NCBI GenBank assembly: GCA_016840405.1
Contig: JAEOSK010000033.1
Location: 1-28,898 of the forward strand
Origin: Candidatus Hermodarchaeum yapensis
GTDB taxonomy: Archaea > Asgardarchaeota > Hermodarchaeia > Hermodarchaeales > Hermodarchaeaceae
Direction: 5' to 3'
Length of the DNA stretch: 28,898 nucleotides
The stretch's first letter is position 1. The number at the start of each line of letters is the position of its first letter. Shown here piece after piece: positions 1 to 10,120 of this stretch. The notes beneath the pieces were generated by a model that ran no database searches, was not told where the DNA came from, and saw only the letters and a program-made list of their open reading frames with translations. The translations under genes and the position numbers were made by a program.

Positions 1-324
1 GATGCAGCGGCTCAAATGGCAGAAATTGTCCTTCGGGGTGTTGATGTACACCCACTCATGAAACTTGCCCTCCAAGATGCTGATGAACGAGTGAGCCGAC
101 AAACGGTTGAGCCAGACTCGATCTTAGCCAATAAGACCTTAGGACAATTACGTTTGGAAGATCATGGAACCCGTATCTTTGCTGTGAAACGAAATGGCCA
201 TTGGACCTATGACCCAAGAGGACGATTCAAACTCCTTCCCGGCGACATTATCTATGCAGGTGGCTACAAGGAAGCTGTTGAGAAGCTTGAAGAAGTAGCC
301 CGCGGCGACCTGCAAGAACTATAG
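1..324 (+). CDS. TrkA-C (RCK_C) domain protein, 5'-truncated; probably an archaeal PhoU/TrkA-C family protein
   Basis: The frame is open from position 1. 'VEPDSILANKTLGQLRLEDHGTRIFAVKRNG...PRGRFKLLPGDIIYAGG' fits the TrkA-C pattern. Confidence 0.75.
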   Translation, partial: DAAAQMAEIVLRGVDVHPLMKLALQDADERVSRQTVEPDSILANKTLGQLRLEDHGTRIFAVKRNGHWTYDPRGRFKLLPGDIIYAGGYKEAVEKLEEVARGDLQEL

Positions 325-426
325 GACAGGTTAGCCACAGAAATTCTATTGCCAACCCTTTGACGCAAAGGCAAAACTTAGATATATCAGACTGAATGTT
401 TCACGAGGACATAGGTGATCTCAACA

Positions 427-1350
427 ATGGTTGAGAATCGAGATCTCATTATTGTCGGTTGTGGACCAGGCGGAATGACTGCAGGGCTGTATGCAGCTCG
501 AATGGGTTTACAAGCTGTAATTTTAGAAACCGGAATTTGTGGTGGTCGGATGATAAACGCTTGGCAGATCGAAAACTATCCCGGGTTTGAAAATATTAGT
601 GGAGGAAATCTTAGCATGAAGATGAAAGCTCAGGCAGAACACGCTGGGGCCGAAATCCGGGAAATGATTACTGTAGAGAAACTCCAACTCTCTGAAAATA
701 CAAAAATTGCAATTACCTCTGAGGGAACAGAATGGCATGCTCCTGCCATAATCCTAGCAATGGGGGCTTGCGATGCTGAATTGGGCGTACCCGGGGAAAC
801 CGAATACCATGGCCGAGGCATCAGTTACTGTGCAACCTGCGACGGCCCATTATTCCGAGGAAAAACCGTTGTTATCGTTGGGGGAGGAAACACCGCCGCT
901 ATGGACGCCCTATTCTTGACTAACATCGTAGAAAAGGTGTATTTAGTTCATAGAAGAGATGAACTGCGAGCAGAACAAGCCTATGCTGATCGATTAATCT
1001 CCACACCGAATGTGGAAATCTTATGGGATACTATTCTGCTTGAAGTCATTGGCAAGGATGTTGTTTCCGGAGCCAAATTACGAAACAAGAAGACAGGTCG
1101 TGAATGGGTTCAAGAAGCTGATGGCGTGTTTATTGCTGTTGGTTGTCAACCGAATAGCACCTTCTGTGAACCAGCGGGTATCCAGCTAGATAAGAGTGGC
1201 AATATCCTTGTAGATGCAAATCAACAGACCAACATTCCTGGTGTATATGCTGTAGGAGATATTACTGGAGAACCACGGCAAATTGTACGAGCGTGTGGGG
1301 ATGCCGTTAAGGCCGTCACTCATTGGTTAACCGTGAGACCACCTAAGTAA
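427..1350 (+). CDS. trxB: Thioredoxin reductase
   Basis: FAD motif GxGPGG, redox motif CATCDG, NADPH motif GGGNTA, HRRDELRA, and GVYAVGD. ATG 427 follows GGTGA; GTG 415 is an alternative start. Confidence 0.93.
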   Translation: MVENRDLIIVGCGPGGMTAGLYAARMGLQAVILETGICGGRMINAWQIENYPGFENISGGNLSMKMKAQAEHAGAEIREMITVEKLQLSENTKIAITSEGTEWHAPAIILAMGACDAELGVPGETEYHGRGISYCATCDGPLFRGKTVVIVGGGNTAAMDALFLTNIVEKVYLVHRRDELRAEQAYADRLISTPNVEILWDTILLEVIGKDVVSGAKLRNKKTGREWVQEADGVFIAVGCQPNSTFCEPAGIQLDKSGNILVDANQQTNIPGVYAVGDITGEPRQIVRACGDAVKAVTHWLTVRPPK

Positions 1351-1412
1351 AGTGTGCACGGAACCACAAGGTTTTAAGGTGTATCATGCGGTGAACGTCG
1401 GTTAACCCGAAT

Positions 1413-2612
1413 TTGGAGGAACAATGCTTGCGCAGGTTCAATAGAGCTCTGATTCTTGTGTTTGCCATTTTTGTGATGGCGAGCCCAATAGCCGTAATGG
1501 CGGCACCCACAAAACGAGATGTCATCATCGGGTTTTCAATTACCTGCATTGATGCTTCTGGAGGCGCCGTGTTACACCCAGGAGCAACCTTGCCAACGGT
1601 TTCAAACACTTTTTCCATTGCTAACGTGTTGAATACAACAGATACTTGGATCGACGCCGATCTCCTCCTTCCATTTACAGTCCTTAAAGAAAACATATCA
1701 GCCTGGATACAAGACCTGCAAGTTACTGAGGTTTCCAATCCTGATTTTGGGGGATTTCTTGCAAATTCTCAAGCTACAAATGCAACACTAACTGCTAGTG
1801 GTTATGCAGTTAGCACCCTCAACATGGTTAATGGGACAATGGAGATTAATAGCACGATTCTTGTCGACTTTATTGTAAGTCTTCAGCGAACGAATGCCAC
1901 CGAATACCCTGATGGGCTGGGTGGTTTTGCTGATACGATGAACAGTACCGCTACCGTGGCAGCAACCTTTTTTGCTCTTCAAATTCTGGATATTTACGGT
2001 GAGCTAAGCCAAATTAACAGCTCTCTCGCAATCGCATGGTTGAATTCCAGCCAAATTCTAGACCCCCCATCTTCACCTAGCTATGGCGGTTTTACGAATG
2101 GTTGGATTAGTTCTACAGCGGATTTACAAACGACCTTCATGGCGCTCTGGAGCTTACAAATTCTTGGCTCCCTCTCCATCATCGACCAGACGGCAGCGAT
2201 TAATTATATTCTCCCCCACTATCGAGATGACATCAATTATCCTCAATATTACGGAGGATTTGGGTTAACCTCGGATGACCCTGTCGCAACTCATTTGGCC
2301 ACCTATTATTCCATAGCAGCTTTACAGATTCTTGGCGCAGATGACCAATTAGCCGCTGAGGAAATTACTTCTTGGATTCTCAGCACACAAACTCTTGACG
2401 GAGGCTTCGCTGATTCTCCTCAGCAAACTGGATTTGCACCTCAGACAAATTTCGCCATTTCGTCGCTAGCTGCCCTCGATCAACTGGAAACATTACTTCT
2501 CCCTGTCAGTGCAGATCTCTATTTGTTTCCATGGTGGATTGTGGGGATCGTAGTAATCGTCTTAATTATTGTCATCTTCGTGATTGTCGCTCGTCGATCG
2601 GATTGGTTCTAA
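1413..2612 (+). CDS. Membrane-anchored, secreted prenyltransferase/squalene-oxidase-repeat (alpha/alpha toroid) protein
   Basis: Repeated 'xQ...GGF...T(F/Y)xAxxxLxxLG' units, an N-terminal signal peptide, and a C-terminal TM helix followed by RR. The start may be TTG 1428, after GGAGGA. Confidence 0.75.
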   Translation: MEEQCLRRFNRALILVFAIFVMASPIAVMAAPTKRDVIIGFSITCIDASGGAVLHPGATLPTVSNTFSIANVLNTTDTWIDADLLLPFTVLKENISAWIQDLQVTEVSNPDFGGFLANSQATNATLTASGYAVSTLNMVNGTMEINSTILVDFIVSLQRTNATEYPDGLGGFADTMNSTATVAATFFALQILDIYGELSQINSSLAIAWLNSSQILDPPSSPSYGGFTNGWISSTADLQTTFMALWSLQILGSLSIIDQTAAINYILPHYRDDINYPQYYGGFGLTSDDPVATHLATYYSIAALQILGADDQLAAEEITSWILSTQTLDGGFADSPQQTGFAPQTNFAISSLAALDQLETLLLPVSADLYLFPWWIVGIVVIVLIIVIFVIVARRSDWF

Positions 2613-2661
2613 AGCATTGGATGAACGCGCACCCTTTGACCATGACAGAGTGGGAGGAAGG

Positions 2662-2671
2662 TTTATTAAAT
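2662..2671 (+). promoter_or_regulatory. Putative TATA box for serS
   Basis: TTTATTAAAT preceded by a purine-rich BRE-like GGAAGG, about 35 nt before the GTG start. Confidence 0.45.
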
Positions 2672-2705
2672 CGTCAACGGGTGAGTCCTTTTTGAGGCAT
2701 AGACT

Positions 2706-4085
2706 GTGAGCGCATGGACAATACTAACAGCTGTTCGCGAAGACCCTGTGATTCTCCGTCGATCTCAACAACGTCGTGGCCTTGACTCAACTGTGGTTGA
2801 TGAAGCTGTCCGACTAGATACGGAATGGAGAAAAACGCGTACAGAGTTGGCTGAATTTCAGCGTCAGCGAAACCAGATTGCGAAGCAGATTGGAAAGGAG
2901 AAGGATAAAGAGAAGAAGGCAAAACTCATTCAGGAATCCAAACGACTTTCTGAGAAGGTCTCTGCAGGAGAAACACGGCTCGCTGAGCTTGAAACGGCAC
3001 GAAAGGAAGCCTTACATAGTATTGCCAATATTGTTCATGACTCTGTCCCTGATGGCATGGATGAAACAGAAGCTCGTCCAGTCAAATACGTTGGGAAACC
3101 TCGAGTTTGGAAAGAACATATTGACCAGTTCATTGAATCTGCCCAAGGACTCAAAGTAGAATACGAGGTCGTAGAAAAACAGCCTGAAAGCCATTATGAT
3201 ATCTCTGAGCACTCAGGAATGATTGATACTACTCGGGCAGCGAAGGTCGCTGGATCTCGCTTTTACTACCTCATTGATGACATTGTCTGGCTAGACCTTG
3301 GATTAGCCTTGTACGCCTTAGATAACATCACACAACATGGCTTCACTCCAATAATTCCACCGAACATGCTGAATCAAGCTGCCTACAGTGGAGTCACGGA
3401 TATCTCTGCCTTCGAAGACTCCCTATACAAGCTTGAAAACCAAGATCTCTATCTTATTGCCACCTCAGAACATCCTATAGCCGCCCAATTCATGAACGAG
3501 GTTCTAGAGATTAATGAGCTCCCTCTCTACCTTGCAGGTTACAGCCCCTGTTACAGGAAGGAAGCGGGAGCCCATGGCAAAGACACAAAGGGAATCTTTC
3601 GAGTTCACCAATTTTCCAAGGTTGAAATGTTCATGTTTTGTCTACCTGAAGATTCATGGAATCAACATGAAAAGATGATATCCATCGTAGAAAAAATTTG
3701 GAAACCCCTTGGCATTCCATTCCGAATAGTAATTCTGCCAAGCGGAGATTTTAGCCGTGTAGCTGCAAAAACATATGATCTTGAACTTTGGATGCCATCC
3801 CAGGGCAGATACCGTGAATTTGTTTCCGCAAGCAATTGTACAGACTACCAATCCGTCCGATTGAATACTCGGTATGCAGAAAAACGAGGTCACCCAACCA
3901 AAGGGTTTGTCCACACATTGAACTCCACTGTGATCGCTACCACTCGAACCATGACCGCGGTTCTTGAAAACAACATTCAAGAAGACGGACGGATCCTCAT
4001 TCCCAAACCGCTTCTACCTTATTTGAAACCCATCGAAGCAGCCCCTGATAAATACCTCATTCCAATTCACATGAAAAAGAGATAG
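2706..4085 (+). CDS. serS: Seryl-tRNA synthetase
   Basis: N-terminal coiled-coil arm, LIATSEHP, motif 2 'CYRKEAGAHGKDTKGIFRVHQFSKVE', SASNCTDYQ, and motif 3 'HTLNST..ATTR'. Confidence 0.96.
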   Translation: MSAWTILTAVREDPVILRRSQQRRGLDSTVVDEAVRLDTEWRKTRTELAEFQRQRNQIAKQIGKEKDKEKKAKLIQESKRLSEKVSAGETRLAELETARKEALHSIANIVHDSVPDGMDETEARPVKYVGKPRVWKEHIDQFIESAQGLKVEYEVVEKQPESHYDISEHSGMIDTTRAAKVAGSRFYYLIDDIVWLDLGLALYALDNITQHGFTPIIPPNMLNQAAYSGVTDISAFEDSLYKLENQDLYLIATSEHPIAAQFMNEVLEINELPLYLAGYSPCYRKEAGAHGKDTKGIFRVHQFSKVEMFMFCLPEDSWNQHEKMISIVEKIWKPLGIPFRIVILPSGDFSRVAAKTYDLELWMPSQGRYREFVSASNCTDYQSVRLNTRYAEKRGHPTKGFVHTLNSTVIATTRTMTAVLENNIQEDGRILIPKPLLPYLKPIEAAPDKYLIPIHMKKR

Positions 4086-4583
4086 GTAGCCGTAGTTTCA
4101 TGTAGTTTACCGTAGGTTATCGAAAATAGTGATTTTCAACTATTCTCATTTAATTCTGCAACCTGTTTGAATCAAATGGTTACCGAAAATGGGTGTAACC
4201 CCACACCCTCTATCCCGTCCACCACGAAGATTTTCGGGACTGCTTTTCGGCTACCCATGTACAATAGACTTAGGGGTTACCCCGGTTTAGGAGAACCCAT
4301 GGTCCATCGTATATGAGGGGATGGTGAAATTATAGGGAGGGGAGAAAGGGAGATAAGTGTGTTGGGGGGGCGTTGAATATGAAAAGTGCTAGATACACCT
4401 ATGTTGTCTTTATGTACTAATTTTCTTCTGAAATACTGGATACTTCCAATATTATCGGACAATATCTGCACATCCAACATCATTAACGACCGCTAAAATT
4501 ATTAGACATCTCCTCCCATTGCCTGAAAACAATTATTAACACTTAGAGCTAAGTTACCCTGTCCGTTGGGGTTGGTGACCTGC

Positions 4584-5432
4584 GTGCCTAAATCCTTAGT
4601 AATGCTCCGCGTCGTTGATACTGGCGAAATTGTACAGATTACTGATGGTGCGCCAGCAAAAACCCACATGAAAGCTGACGAGGTTCTCATTATCGTTGAT
4701 GACGATTCACGTCTCATCTGGATTTGGAAAGGGGCAGAAGCTCCTGTGCGGAGAAAATTCATCGCAGCTCGACGCGCCTCGGGTATCCGAGACCAGCGAG
4801 GTCTAGTGTATAAAATAATTTCAGAGGATGAGGGGCAAGAAGACTCCACCTTCATGGAGGCTATGGGTCAGCCACTCTCAACCAAACCTGATGAAGGGAT
4901 AACTGAAGCACCTTCTGCACCACCACAAATGCCTCGAGAACCAACACGCCCTGTTTATGAAACACCACCACCCTCTCCCGTTCAGGAGGTATCCCCAACC
5001 GAGTATAAGGAAGCCGTGGTTTCAGCCACTAGGAGACCAGAGCGACAACATGTTCATGTGCCCCGTCCTCCTTCGGATATCATTGAACAGGTTGAACAAC
5101 TAGAACCGGTCCCTGGTTTCCGACGAGAATTTGTTCTGATTGGATTTGATGCCTTCGGAATCACCGAAGAAACCACCAGTGTCTTAGGAAAGAAAACTGT
5201 AAAACACAGACTCCAACGAATCGACACATTACCTGAAGGCACGGTCTTTGCTCAGGGCTATACACCACGGGTGGTAATTAAGGACGGACAAGTGTTAGCG
5301 ATTGAATTCCTCAAACACCTGGAAGAAGAGGAATACCTTCATGAGAAGCCTTCAGTGAAGGAAGAAATGGCGCGACAAATTACCGAACTCATTGATGCGT
5401 CGAAAAAAGAAAAAACCGGTCAGAAATCTTGA
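4584..5432 (+). CDS. Single gelsolin-domain protein with a Pro-rich linker and a C-terminal extra domain (Asgard 1DGelX-like)
   Basis: 'DEVLIIVDDDSRLIWIWKGAEAPVRRKFIAARRA...ISEDEGQEDSTF' fits the gelsolin repeat (D...W.G...A...EG.E..F). GTG 4584 follows GGTGA; the ORF track start is 4566. Confidence 0.7.
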   Translation: MPKSLVMLRVVDTGEIVQITDGAPAKTHMKADEVLIIVDDDSRLIWIWKGAEAPVRRKFIAARRASGIRDQRGLVYKIISEDEGQEDSTFMEAMGQPLSTKPDEGITEAPSAPPQMPREPTRPVYETPPPSPVQEVSPTEYKEAVVSATRRPERQHVHVPRPPSDIIEQVEQLEPVPGFRREFVLIGFDAFGITEETTSVLGKKTVKHRLQRIDTLPEGTVFAQGYTPRVVIKDGQVLAIEFLKHLEEEEYLHEKPSVKEEMARQITELIDASKKEKTGQKS

Positions 5433-5454
5433 GAGAAAAATGTGAGGGGACACA

Positions 5455-5850
5455 ATGCAACAATTTGCGATGAGCGAAGAGGAAGCCAAGCAATTAGCGA
5501 TGTATCTGCGTGAGATTACGCTGTACACCGAACTGGAAACCCTAGCAGTGGTCACCAAAGCAGGACGAAGAGTAGCGTTTAGCTCAACCAAGGGCGTGGA
5601 TATTGATCCGGATTTACTCTCTGCCATTTCCGCCGTTCTGTTACAAACCGGAATTGAAGCAGTTTCCAAGCTTGAATTCGAACCACTGTTTGAATTAATC
5701 GTCCGCGGGGAAAAAGGGATTATCGTTGTAACGGATGCAGGACCATTAGTGTTGATTGGGGCCGGTGTGAAAATTGAATCCCTCGGTCACGTCGTATCAG
5801 TGTTTCGACACTTTGGTCGGGAAATTGCCGGTTTATTCGCTAAAAAGTGA
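5455..5850 (+). CDS. Roadblock/LC7 (MglB-like) domain protein
   Basis: About 130 aa with the pattern 'LAVVTKAG...DPDLLSAISA...ELIVRGEKGIIVVTDAG'. Confidence 0.85.
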   Translation: MQQFAMSEEEAKQLAMYLREITLYTELETLAVVTKAGRRVAFSSTKGVDIDPDLLSAISAVLLQTGIEAVSKLEFEPLFELIVRGEKGIIVVTDAGPLVLIGAGVKIESLGHVVSVFRHFGREIAGLFAKK

Positions 5851-5884
5851 GCATTTTTTCGAAGACAGCCCCTATTGCTGAGGG

Positions 5885-6481
5885 ATGACTGTATATCAAT
5901 TTCTCACTACGTGTGATAATCTCAAGCGTGTCCCTCGAACCGGGTGGCTCCTTCGTGGCATCCCTCCCTCTGCAGCAGAAAATGTGGCTGCACACTCTCA
6001 CACCATGACAATTCTTTCATACATATTAGCCAAACAAGCCAATGAAGAAGTCGATTTAACACGGCTGCTTCTCATGGCACTCATTCATGATTTGCCCGAA
6101 GCAGTAATTGGTGATATTCCAATCAGTGCTCAGCGAGCAGATCCCTCCTTCCGTGAGGCAAAAGAGAAAGCAGAAGACATAGCCATGGAAACGATTCTAA
6201 ATTCTCTCCCAGAAAAAATCCGTCTTCAGCTACAGAAGATTTGGAAAGAATATCTTCGTGGCGAGACACTAGAAGCGCGTCTGGTGGAGGGGGCAGATCG
6301 ACTTGCCACAGCCGTTCATGCTGTGGAATTAATTAAAAGCGGATATCCTTCAAACCGATTTATTCCCTTTATCGACCATGCTGAAGCGACCTTGACAGAG
6401 CTCCAAATTACTGATGTCGCGGATTTGATTGGCACACTTCGCCAAGAATTGGCAAGTACATCAGAAGCATCGAAGCCTTAA
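5885..6481 (+). CDS. HD-domain hydrolase (YfbR/HDDC2-like 5'-deoxynucleotidase)
   Basis: LKRVPRTGW, ENVAAHS, ALIHDLPEAVIGDI, and EARLVEGADRL. Confidence 0.88.
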   Translation: MTVYQFLTTCDNLKRVPRTGWLLRGIPPSAAENVAAHSHTMTILSYILAKQANEEVDLTRLLLMALIHDLPEAVIGDIPISAQRADPSFREAKEKAEDIAMETILNSLPEKIRLQLQKIWKEYLRGETLEARLVEGADRLATAVHAVELIKSGYPSNRFIPFIDHAEATLTELQITDVADLIGTLRQELASTSEASKP

Positions 6482-6511
6482 GCCCGAAAAGACTTACAGG
6501 GAGAAGAAACG

Positions 6512-6520
6512 TTTAAGATA
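6512..6520 (+). promoter_or_regulatory. Putative TATA box for aspS
   Basis: GAAGAAACG followed by TTTAAGATA, about 35 nt upstream of ATG 6555. Confidence 0.45.
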
Positions 6521-6554
6521 CGCAGCTGCTGAGAAACCGAAGGAAGTAAGGACA

Positions 6555-7916
6555 ATGGCACCAAAAGCAAAAGTCCCCGCTGAAAACCCAGAAAGGATTC
6601 TAAGACGAACTCATTACTCAAATGAGTTATCGCCCGAGATGGAAGGACAACAAGTAGTTATTCTTGGATGGGTGCAACGAATTCGGAAATTAAGTAAAAT
6701 CAGCTTTCTCATCGTTCGTGACCGAGAAGGACTAACCCAATGTACGTTGCCACATGCAAAAACTGCGCCAGAACTCCTTTCAATTCTTGATAGTTTAGAC
6801 AACGAGTACGCCATTGCCGTGCAAGGACAGGTAAAACAAGAAAAACAGGCCCGTCGGGGTGTTGAACTCATCCCAGATAAGATAGTGGTGGTTAATACAG
6901 CTCCAGCAACTCTCCCATTGGACACTTCCGGAAAAGTGGAGGCCGATATCGCAACCCGGTTTGATAATCGGGTTATCGATCTTCGACGCCTCGAAGCTCA
7001 ACTTACCTTTAAAATTCAACATTTCACTGTGACCCAGATGCGGCAGTATCTCGAAGCCGCTGGTTTCCGCGAAATCCATACACCAAAAATCGTAGCAACC
7101 GCGACAGAGGGAGGCGCGGACCTGTTCAGGGTACAGTATTTTGAAAAAAAAGCATTCTTGGCTCAAAGCCCACAATTCTATAAGCAACTATGTTTAGTGG
7201 GCGGATTTGATCGGGTGTATGAGGTCGCCCCGGTCTATCGTGCTGAGAAACACAATACGCCACGCCATTTGAATGAATACACAAGCTTCGATTACGAAAT
7301 GGCTTGGATTCAAGATGAAGAAGATGTAATGCAACTGGAAGAACAAATGCTTCATGAGGTTTTCACCGCTGTAAAACAAAAATTTGCGGAAGAATTAGAG
7401 CAGTTAAAGGCTGAGATTCATGTTCCCAAGTTACCGATTCGCCGCATTGAAGTGCGAGAAGCCATTGAATTACTAAAAGCAGAAGGATTGAATCTTCCCC
7501 CAGATTCAGATATTCCGAGCGAGGGAGAAGAACTCCTCTATCAACTCGTTAAGAAAGAGACTGGTGAAGAATTCTTCTTCCTCACAAGATATCCCACGGC
7601 AATTCGACCCTTTTACACGATGCCATTAGAAACTGATCCAACACTAACAAGAGGGTTTGATTTAGTTTACCGGGGAATGGAAGTCACAACAGGAAGCCAA
7701 CGTATCCATCGATACGAGTTGTTGGTCGAAAAACTCAAGGAAACGGGTTTGAAACCTAAGACCTTTGCATTTTATCTGGAGCCTTTTAAATACGGAGCCC
7801 CGCCCCATGGAGGATTAGCCATCGGCATGGAACGGTTGACGATGCAAATGCTCGGGTATGCCAACATCCGTGAAGCGGTTCTTTTCCCTCGCGACCGAAC
7901 GCGATTAGTCCCCTAG
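6555..7916 (+). CDS. aspS: Aspartyl-tRNA synthetase, archaeal type (probably non-discriminating)
   Basis: OB fold (GWV.RIR...FLIVRD), [30 protein letters not shown], and GAPPHGG.AIG.ER. The true start is probably ATG 6555 rather than 6429. Confidence 0.95.
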   Translation: MAPKAKVPAENPERILRRTHYSNELSPEMEGQQVVILGWVQRIRKLSKISFLIVRDREGLTQCTLPHAKTAPELLSILDSLDNEYAIAVQGQVKQEKQARRGVELIPDKIVVVNTAPATLPLDTSGKVEADIATRFDNRVIDLRRLEAQLTFKIQHFTVTQMRQYLEAAGFREIHTPKIVATATEGGADLFRVQYFEKKAFLAQSPQFYKQLCLVGGFDRVYEVAPVYRAEKHNTPRHLNEYTSFDYEMAWIQDEEDVMQLEEQMLHEVFTAVKQKFAEELEQLKAEIHVPKLPIRRIEVREAIELLKAEGLNLPPDSDIPSEGEELLYQLVKKETGEEFFFLTRYPTAIRPFYTMPLETDPTLTRGFDLVYRGMEVTTGSQRIHRYELLVEKLKETGLKPKTFAFYLEPFKYGAPPHGGLAIGMERLTMQMLGYANIREAVLFPRDRTRLVP

Positions 7917-7993
7917 AATGGATTTTTTCCTCTTTTCCTTAACACTATTTAGTATCGAAGGGCAAAGCGGATACCTAAGAGGAGTTGGTTTCG

Positions 7994-8659
7994 ATGAAGC
8001 CTGGTCTTGAGGATAAGATGCGAGAACTTGTTATGGGCGAGAGTGCTTCTGCAGCACTTGAGGAATGGTCACAATTTCTAAGTGATTTAGAAGTCGTCCC
8101 TTACAACTATCGTGGGGATCATGTTGCTGAGGCTGTTGATGTTGCTAAACAGTTAGCACAGGAGACTTCTGCCGACCTAGATATTGTGGTGATGGCGACT
8201 TGGCTTCATGATTGCGCGAACCCTAACACTGCTGGTACTCCCCTCCCGACAGGCATAACCCATTGTGAGGCGTGTGCTAGCAAAGCGCGTGAATTTCTTG
8301 TAGGTGAGGGGGTTGACGCACCTACCGTTAAGCGTGTGTGTGATGCAATACGAAAACATGGAGGATACGCACTTGAAAAGCCACTTGAACCCATTGAAGC
8401 CCAAATATTGTGGGAAGCTGATAAACTCACAAAAGTGGGTCTTACATCAGTTATTCGTCAAATCATAAATGGAGTCAGATATGAGCCGAACCCCAGCATG
8501 AAAGGAATTCTTCAGAGAGTTCACAAATTGATGCCGTTATGCCGAAAGATTGCTGCCAGCGTGATGACAGAACCGGGTAAACGTATGGCAACAAAGCGGC
8601 TCAGGAATAATGAAGATTTCATAACCAGACTTGAAAAGGAATTATACTTCTTGGAGTAA
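7994..8659 (+). CDS. HD-domain protein
   Basis: H...WLHD...H...H...EADKL. ATG 7994 follows AGGAG. Confidence 0.82.
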   Translation: MKPGLEDKMRELVMGESASAALEEWSQFLSDLEVVPYNYRGDHVAEAVDVAKQLAQETSADLDIVVMATWLHDCANPNTAGTPLPTGITHCEACASKAREFLVGEGVDAPTVKRVCDAIRKHGGYALEKPLEPIEAQILWEADKLTKVGLTSVIRQIINGVRYEPNPSMKGILQRVHKLMPLCRKIAASVMTEPGKRMATKRLRNNEDFITRLEKELYFLE

Positions 8660-8714
8660 CAAATCGATTTTATTCAGGTAAGTTCAATAGGATAATCATA
8701 TACTGATTAGATAG

Positions 8715-8924
8715 GTGAGAATATTGTCGAAACCAAGCGATCAACTCACTGCATATATGCAAAAGAAGGGAGAGAATCTGGAAGAGCTAGCTGACCATCA
8801 CGCGGTGATTGGTGAAGTTAGTGAGGCAAAAGAGCTCTATGCTCAGGCACGAGCGATGTATGAAAGGATTGAAAATCAGGAACTCGTTTCCCGAATTGAT
8901 GAGAAGGCAAAGAAACTGAAATAA
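8715..8924 (+). CDS. Small helical hypothetical protein (single TPR-like hairpin)
   Basis: 69 aa. 'GEVSEAKELYAQARAMYERI' is TPR-like. A T-tract follows the stop. Confidence 0.5.
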   Translation: MRILSKPSDQLTAYMQKKGENLEELADHHAVIGEVSEAKELYAQARAMYERIENQELVSRIDEKAKKLK

Positions 8925-8950
8925 GTGCTTTTTTGAGCTTGTAAACCCTG

Positions 8951-9940
8951 TCAGAAAATGCTGATGATTCTTGTTGTGGGTTCGCTGCGAAGTTGAACCA
9001 CAATATGATCCTTATTACTTTCTAAAATTAACTGATCATTCATTGATAATTGGTTATGGAAAGACGTATTGGTTACGCTATCGATGTGTGTGTAAATGTA
9101 GTTGAAATTATGTTGCGAGTTAGGAGTGGAAATTGCCTCATTAGAATCAAAAAATACTAGAGGGCTTTTGGTGTTAGCGTATCGTAGGCAGAGCCACCGG
9201 AGAAGTTGGGGATTTAGGGGAGGCGGATCAACCATGAAAAGAGGTGGCATCCTGTCTGTGTGTTGAGCCAGCAATTTCAGTAGCAGTAAATTTGTCTTGA
9301 GTGTAGTTAGGGGCTTGTCATCTCCTGAGATGATAGTGGGCAAATAATGAATTCGGGAAAGGGAGATGTTGTCAAAATTCGACTCCATCAGCTCTTGGGG
9401 TAGAGCGTCAAGAAGTCGTTTGACCTCTAAATAGACTTCCTTGTGGTGTTTATAATATGGTAATGTGGTTTTCAGATAAGAAAGGGAAGGATTTCTAGAG
9501 GTGAGTAATGTTTTCCACATGATGACATGAAATAGGTTTCTGGCACTCGGTGAAAGAGGGGCGAACTCCTCGAAGAGGCTGATTAGGATCGTGATTTGCC
9601 AAGAAGGATGATTACCCTGCCCAAGGGCTAGCGTGTTAAACGTGATGGCATCGGTTGATACTTCGAGATGCCAGAGGGGGCTTTCACAGACTTGATTTTC
9701 AAAGTCACCTGCGTCTTGTCCCTTAATGACCAGAACGGGAAGTTTTTTGTCATCGCACAGCTGGATAAGGAGATTGTAATAGATGTCTTCGGCGCGAGAG
9801 CCAATAACAAAAAGGTTGGTTAGATCTTGGAGCGTGAGAGCAAAGGGATGAGTTAGTTGATTTTCAATTAAGTATCCGAGGAGGAGTAATCCGCTTGATT
9901 CTGGTGATTCAGGGTCGTATTGAGCGTCTTCGTCCGACAA
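8951..9940 (-). CDS. Hypothetical protein, possibly a degenerate HerA/VirB4-like P-loop fold
   Basis: 329-aa ORF. The motif order resembles HerA/DUF87 proteins, but there is no GxxGxGK. Confidence 0.5.
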   Translation of the reverse strand: MSDEDAQYDPESPESSGLLLLGYLIENQLTHPFALTLQDLTNLFVIGSRAEDIYYNLLIQLCDDKKLPVLVIKGQDAGDFENQVCESPLWHLEVSTDAITFNTLALGQGNHPSWQITILISLFEEFAPLSPSARNLFHVIMWKTLLTSRNPSLSYLKTTLPYYKHHKEVYLEVKRLLDALPQELMESNFDNISLSRIHYLPTIISGDDKPLTTLKTNLLLLKLLAQHTDRMPPLFMVDPPPLNPQLLRWLCLRYANTKSPLVFFDSNEAISTPNSQHNFNYIYTHIDSVTNTSFHNQLSMNDQLILESNKDHIVVQLRSEPTTRIISIF

Positions 9941-10120
9941 GTCGGTTTCCCTTATGCTTTGCAGTTTTGCCCCTTTTTTTAGGTATTCGTGATAATCTGT
10001 TAGAACGGACAGACAGCCAACAGAGAGGTCACTGAAACTAATCCTTGGTTTTTCCCAGCTTGCCGTTTCTTATTTAAACAAGAAGGTGCCAATGCACAAG
10101 CCACACAGGAAGCCGTATCC

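Noticed and set aside
6429-6554. N-terminal extension of aspS in the ORF track
   Set aside because: It overlaps the HD gene and contains the likely TATA box. ATG 6555 is the better start.
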